Shown here: positions 29,456 through 42,449 of the stretch, in pieces
Layout of the letters: each line of letters begins with the position of its first letter
Position numbering within the stretch: position 1 is the first letter of the stretch
Source of the DNA: the human T2T-CHM13v2.0 reference genome, Homo sapiens
DNA: 64,000 nucleotides
Reading direction: 5' to 3' (one strand)
Assembly (NCBI RefSeq): GCF_009914755.1
Contig: NC_060948.1
Made by a program: the position numbers and the translations under genes
The notes under the pieces: generated by a model
What the model saw: only the letters and a program-made list of their open reading frames with translations
What the model was told of the DNA's origin: nothing
Databases searched by the model: none

Positions 29456-31014
29456 ATAAGACTTCTGTAGAAAAGAACCGAATGTTGTGAAAAAGAATTT
29501 GGAAAAGGGGAGAGATTAGACAGCCAATTTAGATCAGGTTGTAAAGGAAGACCAGCTTTAAGAGGTTTCATTGGAGCTAAGATCTTAATAAGTTAGCTGA
29601 ATAAGGTGCTGACCAGCTGGAAAAGCCTTTCAAGTAGAAATAACAGGAAAATAAGACGCTCAGAAGAGGTAATAAATTTAGCATATGGAGGGTCATAAAG
29701 TGGCTGGAGCATATCGTGTGAGGGAGAAAGTAGCAGAAAGTATGGGGGAGTCAGTAAAAGTTCAGATCATGCAGGGTTTTACAGGTTTTAATAAAGAGTT
29801 TGAATATTAAATTCTAAGTGTAAAGGGAGAAGACACTGGAGGATTTGAATGAGACAGTGAAATTTTCTAATTTACATTTTTAAAAGATTATTCTCATTTC
29901 TGTATGAACAGCATAATTAGGTGGACAGGGGAACTGGGTGCAAACAAAAACAAAAACAAAAACAAAAACAAACAAAAAAGATAAGGCTATTTTAATATTC
30001 AGCCAAGAGATGGGGGTGGCCTATCCTAGGCTGGTGATGGTGGGGAGAAAGAGAAATGGAGAAGTGGGATATTCTTTGTAAGTAGAAATTTCAAAACTTT
30101 GATGAATTAGATGTGTGTGAAGACTGGAAGAAAGATGTCCAAAAAGAAATTAGATTTCTAGTTCAGGCATTTACTTGATGTCTTGATTATGTTAAATAAT
30201 AGGGTTAAAAAGGAAAACCAATGTAATCAATGTAATCAATGGCAGATGGGAATCAAGTGATAGAAATGACAATTTATTTAATCTACTGATATATGATGAG
30301 GTTAAAATTGAGTAGTAGATTAGAATGACCTATGCTTGGGTAGTTTTCTGTTTATCATTATTCAAACATAACTAAAAAATAATGCATATAAAATAGAGGA
30401 TTCTAGTTTTGGATTTTTGTCATGAATCAAAATTGAAACTTTTGAAACTCAATTGTGTTGAAGTAGGTAGGCAGATTTTAAAATACTATCTACTATAGGA
30501 ATTCTTAAAATGCAAACCTACTTTATTAAATGGATTTAAACACCATGTTGCCTGCCATAAGATTGTTTGGAAAGACTAAATGATTTAATTGGAAGCATCA
30601 ATTAAAATAAAACATATTACTTTATATGTTAAACACTATATATATATGTACAGAATTTAAGGATTTGACCTAGTTTTTCTCCAGAGGGTCACGTTTTTGT
30701 TACAACAAGAATGTGTCTCTAAGCACCATCTTTACAATACAAAAGAACCATCTTTTACAAAAATTTTGATTAACTGTGGCATTTCCTTTCTGCTGTGAAT
30801 AAAGCTGGCTATTGAATAAATTGTGAAGTACCAAAACCTCACCTTACAAATTTCTCTAATCCATTTAACTTCTTTCTTTCTACACATTTCCTGGGAATTT
30901 AATATTCTATTTATCCCTCTGGCTCTTCTTCCTCTATAGCAATTGTGGCATCCTATGCAAGACTTACATCCTCTGCACTCCTATGTTATGAATATTTTCT
31001 TTTCTATATGACCT

Positions 31015-33998
31015 AAAGATGATATAACCAAGCAATTCTACTTCTAGGTATATGCTCAAAAGGTTTACATACTGGTACTCAAAAAATTACTTGTACACAA
31101 ATACTCATAGTAGCATTATTCAAAATAGACAAAAGTTAAAAACAACCTGAATGTCCATGGGCAGTTAATGAATAAACAAATTGTGATATATATGAAAATA
31201 TCCAACCATAAAAAGGAATGAAACAGTGATACACTGTATAACCTGAAAAACATTTATGCTAAGTGAAATATGCCAGACAGAATAGATCAGATACTGTATG
31301 ATTTTATTTACTTCTTCACACCCCTATCAAAACTGATTCATAGATGACATGATTCTATGTATGGAAAATCCCACAGGATCCACCAAAACCTGATAGACCT
31401 AATAATGAATTTAGCAAAGCTTCTGGGTAAAAACCAACATATAAAAATCAGCTGTCTTTTTATACACTAATAATAAACAATCTGAAAAGGAAATAATGGA
31501 AATAATTCCATCTATAATAGTGTCCAAAAAAGTTAAGTATTTAGGAATAAATTCAACCAAATATGTGAACAGCGCATACACTGAAAACTACAAAACATTA
31601 ATAAACTAAAGAATACATAAATAAATGGAAAGACATTTCATGTTTATGGATTAGAAGACTTACTTTTGTTAAAACGGCAATGCTAACTTCAAGCAATCTA
31701 TAGACTCAATGCAATCATAAAAATTCTAAGAGCCTTTCTGCAGAAACGGAAAACACAATTCTTGAATTCATATGAAATTGCAAAGAGCCTTGAATATTAA
31801 AACACTCACAAAGTAGAGGAACGAAGTTGAAGGACTATTATTTTCACATTTTATAACTTACTACAAAACTACAGTAATTAAACAGTATGGTCCTAGCATA
31901 AGAACAGACATATGCACTGATGGAACAGGATTGAGAGTCCAGGAATAATCACATGTATGTATGGTCAATTGATTTTCAACAAGGATGCCAAGATCATTCA
32001 ACAGGTAAAGAATAGTTTCCTCCAAAAAATGGTGCTGTGACAAATAGATATTCACATACAAAATAATAAAGTTGCAGCTTTATACAAAATTATACAAAAA
32101 TATATAAATTATGTATATATACATATACAAAAATGTACTTAAAATTTTATCAAAGACTTAATGATAAGAGCTAAACTCTAAAACTCTTAGGAAAAAAAGC
32201 GTTTTCCTGACCTTCATGACCTTGGATTTGGCAACGGATTCTGAGATCTGACATCAAGAGTACAACCAACAGAAGAAAAAATAGATAAATTGGAGTTTGT
32301 TAAAATGAAAACGTTTTTCATGTTAAAGGACATTATCCAGGAAGAGAAAGACAACTTACGGAATGGGAGAAAATATTTGCAAATCACATATCTGATAAGA
32401 ATCTAGTATCCAGATTTTATAAAGAACGCCTTCTACTCAATAACAAAATGAAAAACACTCCCATTCAACTCTTAGAAGTCTTTAACAACAATAACAACAT
32501 GGAAAACAATCTCATACAACCAGCCCACGGACTTGAATTGATGTTCCTCTAGAGATGTGCAAATGACACTTGAAAAGATGCTAAACATTATTAGTCATTA
32601 GGTCACTGCAAACCAAAATCACAGTGAGATACCACTTCACTCCCACTTACACGGCAATTTTTAAAAATCAGAAAAATAACTAGCATTGTCAAGGATACGG
32701 AGAAATTGCAAGCCTTTTACGTTACTTATGAGAATGTAAAATTGGTCAGTTGCTGTAGAAAATGTTGACAGTTCTGATACAGGAGATAGAAATTATTTAG
32801 GCAGATAGTGAGAGCAAAAGATTCTTTGGCAGAACTTCCCTTCTAACAAAATGCAACCCAAGAAATCATTTTATTTCTAACAAAGAGCAGCCTGAAATAC
32901 TGAACTGCAAATATAGATAAGGAAGCTCGAAGTTTGCACGGGGAAATGCCAGCAGCTACGCCAATAGAAAAGGGCAACCTGGGGGCCAGGCATGTCCACC
33001 CTGGAAGCTCCGTTTTCTTTTTTTTTCGTTAGCACTTGTACAGTAAGAAAGAAATGGGCAACATGGAGCAGCTCAGGTAGAAAACCCACCTGAATAATAC
33101 AGAGATTCATGCCATATGCAGATGGCAAACCTGGTTCTGTTTTTTCGTGCCCTGTGTAGATCAGACACCATCTCCCCACCAGCTCATCTATAAAAGCTCC
33201 TTCATTTCACTGCAGGTCAGCAACCCATTTTTCTGGGACCCCTCTCTATAACAGAAAGCAATTATCTTTCTTTCACCTATCCAATTTCCCCCTTAACTTC
33301 ACTATTTGTGTGTCCACATCCTTGATATCTGTGGCTGAGACAAGAAACCTCGGGTGTCACCCCAGACAACAAGGCCATTTCATTGTGGGGGATCACCTGA
33401 GACCCAAGGTAGATTCATAAAAAGAAAGAGTATAGGAGCAGTTCTTTAAAAAGTTAAACATAGAATTACTATATAATCCAGCAATTCCACTTCAAGGTAT
33501 ACACTCAAAAGAATAGAATACTAGTACTAAAATAAATACTTGCACACAAATATTCATAGTAGCACTAGTCACAATTGACAAAAGCTGGACACACCCAAAT
33601 GTCTATAAGTAGCTTAATGGACAAATAAATGGTGTTATATACATAAAATGGAAAATACTTAGCTATAAAAAGGAATAAAGTACCTATATATGCTATAACC
33701 TGAAAAATGTTTTTTGTTAAGACACAAAAGGTCATATATTATATGATCCAATTTATATATAATTTGTGAATAGGCAAATTCACAGAAATGAAAAGTAGAT
33801 TGATGGTTTTCAAAGGCTGGGAGAAAGTGAGAGTGGAGAATAACTGCTTACTGAGTATGTGATATTATTTTGGGGTGATGAAAATGTTTAGAACTAGATA
33901 GAGGTGATTGCACAACATTGTTAATATAATTAATGGTACTGAATTATTTATTTTTAAGCAGCTAATTTTATTGTATGAGAAATTTGCCTCAATTGAAA
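31015..33998 (+). mobile_element. L1MB-type fragments (ORF2 3' part and 3'UTR), interrupted by MER50
   Basis: ORF2 motifs (GATGACATGATT, CAAGGATGCCAAGA, GAGAAAATATTTGCAAATCA) and L1MB 3'UTR (GGGGTGATGAAAATGTT...GAACTAGATAGAGGTGA). Confidence 0.85.
32775..33440 (+). mobile_element. MER50 LTR plus short internal stub
   Basis: TGATACAGGAG...AGGCAGATAGTGAG...TTCTAACAAAGAGCAGCCTG; LTR ends at CA 33382; GTTC duplicated at 32771-32774 and 33441-33444. Confidence 0.8.
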
Positions 33999-34483
33999 AT
34001 AACTGGCTCTGTCTCATTTTTTAAAATCTAACAAATCTGAAGTTTACATTTAATGGCTTAATGTTCTACTCCCTGTTGGATAATATATGCAATCTGATAG
34101 AGGGAGGTAATAATGCTTTAACACAAAGAATTGGTTAATGGTGAACATTTCTGGCAGGGCAAGTTAGATAAATATGGGTTATGGAGGTAGTCAAACCTCA
34201 ATTAATTCAAGTGTAAATGTGTTTTTTCTTACAGAACAATTTTTGTACATTGGTAATAGTGCTACTTCATGATTTTTGCATTTTTATGATTCAAATTTTA
34301 AAATCCTAATTATATATATAGTTAAAATGTAGTGCTCAGATGAGGCTTATTGAACAATTAGGGCTTTATTTCTGAAAGCGTGTGGTCTTAAGTGCTAGTA
34401 CTTTTGAATCCCATGTCTTTAGAAATATTATTATGTATACATATTTTTAAATGATTTGTCTTTTGCAGTAGGAGAGCACCTTG

Positions 34484-34838
34484 TGTCACCAGTGGAGACT
34501 GTCCAGGTTCTTGGCACCTTGAATAAAGAATTGGACAAACCACACAAAGCAAGGAAGGAATGAAGGGGTTTATTGAAAATAAATGTACACTCCACAGTGT
34601 GGGAGCGGGCTCAAGCATAGGGGATCAAGGGCCCCATTACAGTATTTTGGGGAGTTGCAACACCTTCTAGAGGATTCCATCGGTTACTTCGGGTATGCCC
34701 TTTGTAAATGGAGAGGATGAAGTAAAGTTACAAAGTCATTTACTTGGCCTACGCCCTATGGAGAGGATATTTCTTGTCATAGCTGAAGTGTGAATCGGCC
34801 TTATGTTCCCTGCCTCCAGACCCTATTTTCCTGCCTCA
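34484..34838 (-). mobile_element. MER61 3' LTR
   Basis: Minus strand starts TGAGGCAGGAAAATAGGGTCTGGAGGCAGGGAACATAAGGCC; homologous to 46735-47093. Confidence 0.85.
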
Positions 34839-37800
34839 TCTGCCCCGAGAGATGTGATCCTCATACATTTTTATGGGAGGCACAGGGACCAATGGTCTTT
34901 TTTCTGTAACTGCTTTATGCTGGCTTGAGGCACAGTCCCTACCTACTGGGGATCACAAAACTGTCATTCTGCTGTGTCTAGTAGAGGCAAGGTAGCTCCT
35001 TGATGGCCAGGGGTGGTGTCTTCACTTGGAACTGGCTGGACCCTTTGTTGCATGATCATCTAAAGCTTGATGCTTTCTAGGTGAGAGGAAATGAATTTGG
35101 TTAAAAGATTTAATGGGAACTTCATGGGGTGGATACTTCTGCTGTCAGGAATGTTTGTTATAGAGAATTGCAAGAGAAAAAACAAAACCTGGTTTGTTCT
35201 AGAATCTATGTGTTTCCTTAAAGTCTTAGCACAAGTCACTCCATTTGGTTTGGTTTGGACTATTGGGGCCTAGTGCATGAGATTACTTCAAAACAATGGC
35301 CTCCCAGAATTTTGTTTAAAAAATTCCACCTTTTTGGTTAGGTTCTCACTTAGGTGAGAGTTTAACCAAAACTTAGGGCCTTAGCACCACTTAGTCAACA
35401 TCATTTTGGGTTTCTGGTTTCAGCACATTAGGTTATGGTGTCCTCATGGTTGCACATTTCTTTCAGCTCCTGTTATTCCAGCTTAAGAGAGACCATACGA
35501 CATTCTAGAGATGACTGCATGCAAGCATTTAAAACCTTTGAGATAATACAGCACACCAGGGACACTATTATTATGACTATTGGGAGGATAATACCAACAG
35601 TTTGGACTATGCTCCTTACCCAATGTCCCCATAAACCAAACTTCCTAAAATCAAATAGATCAAAGACTGACTTAACTAAGCAGTTTCTTCATTAATCCAC
35701 TACCACTGAATTTCTATAATTCTCATTTGATGTATTCCTTTATAGGTCACAAGTTCCAGAAGCTGCACAGATACTTTTCTGTTCAGCCAATCCCATTATA
35801 AGTTTCACAATAGAATTTAAAGTCTTGTGAAATTGTAGCCTTTACAGTATTATTTGCTATAGAGCCTATCATGGGGGATACATTTCTAGTTATTGCCTCT
35901 TTCACTATGGAAAAAGGAAGTAACAGACAATGCCCTTCTAGAAGAATGAAGACCTCCTGGCAATGCTCTTTTTAACCCCTGATGTGGGTCAACAGGGGTG
36001 AACCAATGTTTTATTTTTGACTGATTATGAGGCAACACATGTACCATTAAAGTTTCGTACCTATGTTGGGTCTTTATCTTTGATTTTTCATAGTATAAGT
36101 TTATCCATGTTTAAGGCTGGCTGCAAACCCCTTCCCAAATAAAAATATACCCCATAAGTGGCCATAACAGACCCCTTTTTCACTTCTATTCCTCATAGAG
36201 GCAGAAGCAAGGAAAAAATATTCAAAGAGCTTCATGATAGTAGAAGTCTTAATCTGTAAACTTGGGGAAAGCTGTTTACATAAAGGATGCCATCTTTTTC
36301 TTGGGAGAAATTTCCCTGGTTAGTTTTATCTTAAGGGTTCCAAAGGGTGTACAGCTCCAAGAGTGTGGAGGGACCCTTCTCAACTGCAAGACCATGAACC
36401 CAAAGCCCAGGGTCCCAAAGTTTTGTTGTAGTGTGCGTAGCAAGGACAGTTTTTTCCTGATGTTTCCAGAATATTCAAACTATAAAAGCTTTCTTTACCT
36501 GATGAAAATACACTGTAGCATAATAATCTTCTCTTATAACATCAGCCCTCTTGCATGGGAAAGCTTTTATACAACCAGAAAAGATGCATTAAAAGTAACA
36601 ATTGAATGAAATCCCTTTATAAAGTGTTTAAATGGCCTACCAGGTAACCAAGTGTAACTGCAGCTTTAATTGTTTTTCCAGAAATATGGGGCCAAACATT
36701 GGTTATAAACTATTCTAGTAATTTGTAAGATACCACACCTATGTATTCAATTTGGATTATTTTATATTTTTCATGATGAATTATGGAATGCAGAACTGTT
36801 AATAATAAAAGCTTTAAGGGCTCAGGAAGGACAAGAAGGCCATCCTGGTTCTCCACGAACCCATGCTTAATTAACATTAGACTTATATCCTCTTGAATAC
36901 CAGTTGTATTTCCAAATTTGGTGCATAGCACTGACAAGGAAATTCGGTTATTTCTGTGATTTACAATAACTTAACATAATAACCATAATTATAATTGACA
37001 GTATATATTTAGATATTAGAATTTTAGCAATCTCATACAATTTTGGAACATATATTAGTATTAGTCACAAAAATATGACCCAAACAATATTAAGCATCAT
37101 TTTGACAATCTCGTGTAACTAAACACGTTAAATAATCCTGTTTATCTCCTTTCTGGATGTTTTAAGGGGCCCTCTGATTCATCCTAAAAGCCAGCCACCA
37201 AGAAAGACAATTTTGGAACTGAAGTTTGATTTTGGAATTTCAGATTACCATAAATTATTTATTTTGCCAAAATGATGACTTAGGGATTTAAATAAGTAAA
37301 AACTTTTTTATAATCTTTAACCCCCCACAAAAAATCCAAATTCTACTGTTTTTACACATTTTGCATGTAAAGCTGTGTCTAGTAGTGTTAATTGCATGTT
37401 ACAATGGCAAATTTTAATATAAATCCTGGTAAGTTGTGTTCTGATAAGGTTTGACTATCTCCAGCACAGCTAGGAATGTGGCCAACTCCACATGTCCCCA
37501 GGCCTTACCTAGCTGGAAAGCAGACAAGTTAAACAATTTTCAAAAGCCAAACAAGCAGCTTATGACCTTAACGCATTTAGCAAACCTAACATTTGAACAT
37601 AATTTAGACCACATGTTTACATTATGAAGACATTTGTATTTTACCAGTAATCTTTAAAACTATCTTTATTTCCCAAAGATCACTCAAGTTACATGAACTA
37701 AATAAAAGGCATTATATTTTTCACTTTTCTGACAAAATATTTAAGATCTTATTATTAAGCCAATTAATTTAAAACTTTACAGAGGAAATAAACAGTGACT

Positions 37801-38144
37801 TTTACTTTATGTTAGGCAAAGAGAGAAATATGACTTAAATTGTATCTAGGAGCGTATACTCAACACACTTAAAGTATCAGGAAGCCTAAAATCCAAAAAG
37901 TTAGTTTAAGGTTAAAAGGCTGGTGTGCTCTATCAATTCCTCTCGGCCCATCAAAGGTAGCCTAGGAATTCCAAATAAATGGAAGAAATGATGACTTGCT
38001 AGAAATGCATAGGAAACAAAATAACTATTCACAGAAACAAAAGCCTTCCACTAGAAACTAAAACAAAAATGTTTTTTTTATATATGCAAACACAAGCAAA
38101 GCCAGAGAAGAATAAACAGTGAACAAATGAAAACTAGAAGTAAA

Positions 38145-38879
38145 CCGTCTGGGAAGTGAGGAGCGCCTCTGCCCGGCCCCCACACCGTGTAGGAAGTGAA
38201 GAGGCCTCTGCCCGGGCCGCAATGTCTGGGAAGCTAGGAACGCCTCTGCCCAGCGGCCTCACCATCTGAGAAGTGAGGAGCGCCTCTGCCCAGACGCCCC
38301 ACCATCTGGGAAGTGAGGAGCCTCTCTGCCCGGCCGCCCCATCGTCTGGAAAGTGAGGAGCCCCTCTGCCCGGCTGCCCCACTGTCTGGGAAGTGGGGAG
38401 CACATCTGCCCGGCCGTCCCACCATCTGGGAAGTGAGGTGACCCTCTGCCCGGCCGCCGCCCCGACTGGGACGTGAGAAGCGCCTCTGCCTGGATGCCCT
38501 ACCGTCTGTGAAGTGAGGAGCGCCTCTGCCTGGCTGCCACACCTTCTGGGAAGTGAGGAGCGCCTCTGCCCTGTGGCGGTCCTGCCTGGGAAGTGAGATG
38601 CGCCTCTGCCCTGTGGCGGTCCTGCCTGGGAAGTGAGATGCGCCTCTGCCTGGCGGCCACACTTGACTAATGCCTCTGCACCACTGCGCCACCGTCTGGG
38701 AAGTAAGGAGCGCCTCTCCCTGGCCGCCCCACCGTCTGAGAAGTGAGGAGCGCCGTTGCCCGGCCGCCGCTGTGCAACCCTCCAAGTATGAAGTGGCAGT
38801 CATGTGTGTGATCTTTATGCCCTCCCCAAGTTTGCATTTTTGACATTAAAGTTTACTTTTAAATTAAAAAGAGAAAGAC
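38145..38879 (+). mobile_element. SVA2-type retroposon (SVA VNTR plus unique 3' end, no SINE-R or Alu-like part)
   Basis: About 40-bp GC-rich units GGGAAGTGAGGAGCGCCTCTGCCCGGCC, then TGTGCAACCCTCCAAG...ATTAAA, an A-rich tail, and TSD AACTAGAAG(T/C)AAA. Confidence 0.85.
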
Positions 38880-40391
38880 AACTAGAAGCAAAAACAAACA
38901 GAAAACCAACCCTAAATTTTCCCACTTAATTTACCCTGGAGGCTACAGTGTTACCTAGGGCCAAAAAAACCCCACATAATGAATGTTTTATTCCTGATAC
39001 ACAATTCAATATCCTTAAGCTCACTAATATTATCATACATCTTTTGCAATCAATAAATTTACCTTAGGCACATGACTGATCAGTACTCCAGTGCCAGCGC
39101 TGTCCATGCAACACAATAAACATAGTGTGAAGCAATGCAAGCATGTATGTGAAATTTGGCTCCACATTAACTCCAGCTTCATGCTTAACTATGTAAAAAA
39201 GGAATAGCCAAACTGCCGATGCATTTCTTTACAATTCTTCTTATTTAACTTTAATCAAGACTAAGAGCTTTAACTATGAAAATGTTAATTAGCCAAATGT
39301 CTTCAATTATCAGGTTTTAAGAAATATTTTATTATTGAAACTTTTTTCACATCTTTCTCTCCTATTTAATGATTCCTTATTGCATTGTTTTATAAATAAC
39401 CTTTTCGAATCTGTAAATTAAACTAACTTTTAGATAACTTCTGAATTAGAAAAAATTATTCTTTTTTCCACTAATAACATAAACTTTCTGGCACATTTTG
39501 TATACAGAATTACCAGTTAACTAAATTTTTTATCTTTGGTAACCTAAAGCTTTAGTGAAACCCTAAAAAGCAAGAAATCCTGAGCTATCAGATATGGGCA
39601 TTTATAGATAAAAACAATTCCACAATTTTAGAAACATATTTCCCAATATCACAACCCTTTCTTAATTGGAAATGACCCAAATATTAAGTGAGCATTAAAA
39701 TAAGTTTAAGATTTTAATTTACAAGAAAAGTTTATCTAAAACATTTATCCCATTCGCTGTACTTAATTTTTACTTTTAAGGAGGGAGACACAAGACATCA
39801 ATCGGCATATGTAAAATGAACATCACATTGGTCTGGAAAGGCAGGAGAACTTGAGGCAGGTTGGGGGAATGGGGGCTTTCAGATTCAGGTAGTTGGAAGA
39901 CAAAAAGTTGCATTCTTTTGAGTTTCTGATTAGCCTTTCCAAAGGAAGCAATCAGATCTGCACTCATCTCAGTGAGACTTTGAATAGAATGGGAGGCAGG
40001 CTTGCCCCAAGCAACTCCCAGCTTGAATTAACAATGACATTTTAAAATATCTAGCGAAGACAAACATAAAATTCAGACAAAATGTATGCTGACAATTCTA
40101 AAGGCATTTCTATTTTTATTCCACCAATAATTTTAAAGCTGTCTTGTTTAGTAAAGTTATACTTTAAGTCATGTGAACTTGAAAATAGCTTAGACTTACT
40201 TAATTTATGAGCGCTCATTTACTTACAAGCCAATTTGGTAGACACAACATATAACAATAAGTGTACATACAAATAAACACATCTAAACATATATATATAT
40301 ACACACATAAACAAAGATCTAATAGCTTGGGACCTTAGCCATGAGACAGCAATACAATACTTCGCCAGTTTTACTTTGCCCCAATAGATAA

Positions 40392-40754
<363 letters not shown>

Positions 40755-41128
40755 AGGTAGTTTGATTTTTAAAGGCCAAACCTCCCCAGATTCCAAAAAG
40801 CACTGAGGCCAAACAGTACCAAAGGAGGGCATCACATATTAAACAGGCCTTCTGCTTAGAACAGCAGCACAAAAGCCTGGATACATGCAACACCATCCCA
40901 CTTTCTGATTAGACAGCAAAGTTCAGATTCTGAACAATTTTGGAGCCAAGCATCATTGCAAGTGAGAGAGAAAATTCTAAAGAGGGCTTAATACTAGACC
41001 TCAGAACCTCTGCAGAGTGTCCCTTTGGGCAGGTTGAGGTCTGCAGGATTACCTGGAGCATTCTCCAGATGTCTCTGCCTTTAGGTGGGCACCGGTGCCA
41101 CTTTGCATGCGTTCCCTCCGGAGCCTAC

Positions 41129-41580
41129 TGTCAGGCCTCTGAGCCCAAGCCAAGCCATTGCATCCCCTGTGACTTGCACGCATACGCCCAGATGGCCTGA
41201 AGTAACTGAAGAATCACAAAGGAAGTGAATATGCCCTGCCCCACCTTAATTGATGACATTCCACCACAAAAGAAGTGTAAATGGCCGGTCCTTGCCTTAA
41301 CTGATGACATTACCTTGTGAAAGTCCTTTTCCTGGCTCATCCTGGCTCAAAAAGCACCCCCACTGAGCACCTTGCGACCCCCACTCCTGCCCGCCAAGGA
41401 ACAACCCCCTTTGACTGTAATTTTCCTTTACCTACCCAAATCCTATAAAACGGCCCCACCCTTATCTCCCTTTGCTGACTCTCTTTTTGGACTCAGCCCA
41501 CCTGCACCCAGGTGAAATAAACAGCCATGTTGCTCACACAAAGCCTGTTTGGTGGTCTCTTCACACGGACGCGCATGAAA
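41129..41580 (+). promoter_or_regulatory. LTR7 5' LTR (candidate promoter/enhancer)
   Basis: TGTCAGGCCTCTGAGCCCAAG start, TATAAAA box near 41444, AATAAA near 41516. Activity is not shown by the sequence. Confidence 0.75.
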
Positions 41581-41582
41581 TT

Positions 41583-41600
41583 TGGTGCCGTGACTCGGAT
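41583..41600 (+). other. Primer binding site, tRNA-His
   Basis: TGGTGCCGTGACTCGGAT is complementary to the tRNA-His 3' end. Confidence 0.95.
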
Positions 41601-42449
41601 CGGGGGACCTCCCTGGGGAGATCAATCCCCTGTCCTCCTGCTCTTTGCTCCGTGAGAAAGATCCACCTAGGACCTCAGGTCCTCAGACCGACCAGCCCAA
41701 GAAACATCTCACCAATTTCAAATCCGGTAAGCAGCCTCTTTTTACTCTCTTCTCCAACCTCCTTCACTATCCCTCAACCTCTTTCTCCTTTCAATCTTGG
41801 TGCCGCACTTCAATCTCTCTCTTCTCTTAATTTCAATTCCTTTCATTTTCTGGTAGAGACAAAGGAGACACGTTTTATCCATGGACCCAAAACTCCGGCA
41901 CCGGTCACGGACTGGGAAGGCAGCCTTCCCTTGGTGTTTAATCATTGCAGGGATGCCTCTCTGATTATACACTCACATTTCAAGGGTGTCAGACCACGCA
42001 GGGACGCCTGCCTTAGTCCTTCACCCTTAGCGGCAAGTCCCGCTTTCCTGGGGAAGGGGCAAATACCCCTCAACCCCTTCTCTCCTTGTCTCTACCCCTT
42101 CTGTGCTTTTCTGGGGCAGGGGCAAATACCCCTCAACCCCCTCTCCTTCACCCTTAGCGGCAAGCCCTGCTTTCCTGGGGCAGGGGCAAGTACCCCTCAA
42201 CCCCTTCTCCTTCACCCTTAGCAGCAAGTCCTGCTTTCCTAGGCAGCAAGAACCCCCCAATCGCTTATTTCCACGCCCCAAGCTCTTATCTCTGTGCCCC
42301 AATCCCTTATTTCCGCACCCTGACCTCTTATCTCTGTGCCCCAATCCCTTATTTCTGTGCCCCAACTCCTTCTCTGCTTTTCTGGAGGGCAAGAACCCCC
42401 CACCCCTTCTCCGTGTCTCTACTCTTTTCTCTGGGCTTGCCTCCTTCAC

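Larger units (their letters stand above)
29095..30180 (-). mobile_element. L2 relic interrupted by a NUMT and (TA)n
   Basis: GAAGCTTAAAATCTAGT, CAGATCATGCAGGGTTTT and TTTACATTTTTAAAAGAT motifs of reverse L2. Confidence 0.7.

Noticed and set aside
34200-34483. Splice-acceptor-like tracts (TTTTTCTTACAG, TCTTTTGCAG)
   Set aside because: No convincing paired donor or reading frame; such motifs are frequent by chance in AT-rich DNA.
38145-38770. CRISPR-like periodic array, and the 189-aa ORF 38234-38803 on the minus strand
   Set aside because: Units are degenerate tandem SVA-type VNTR without unique spacers, in human DNA; the ORF reflects stop-poor GC-rich repeats.
42014-42370. Tandem repeats in the HERV-H leader
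   Set aside because: A typical variable feature of HERV-H internal 5' regions.
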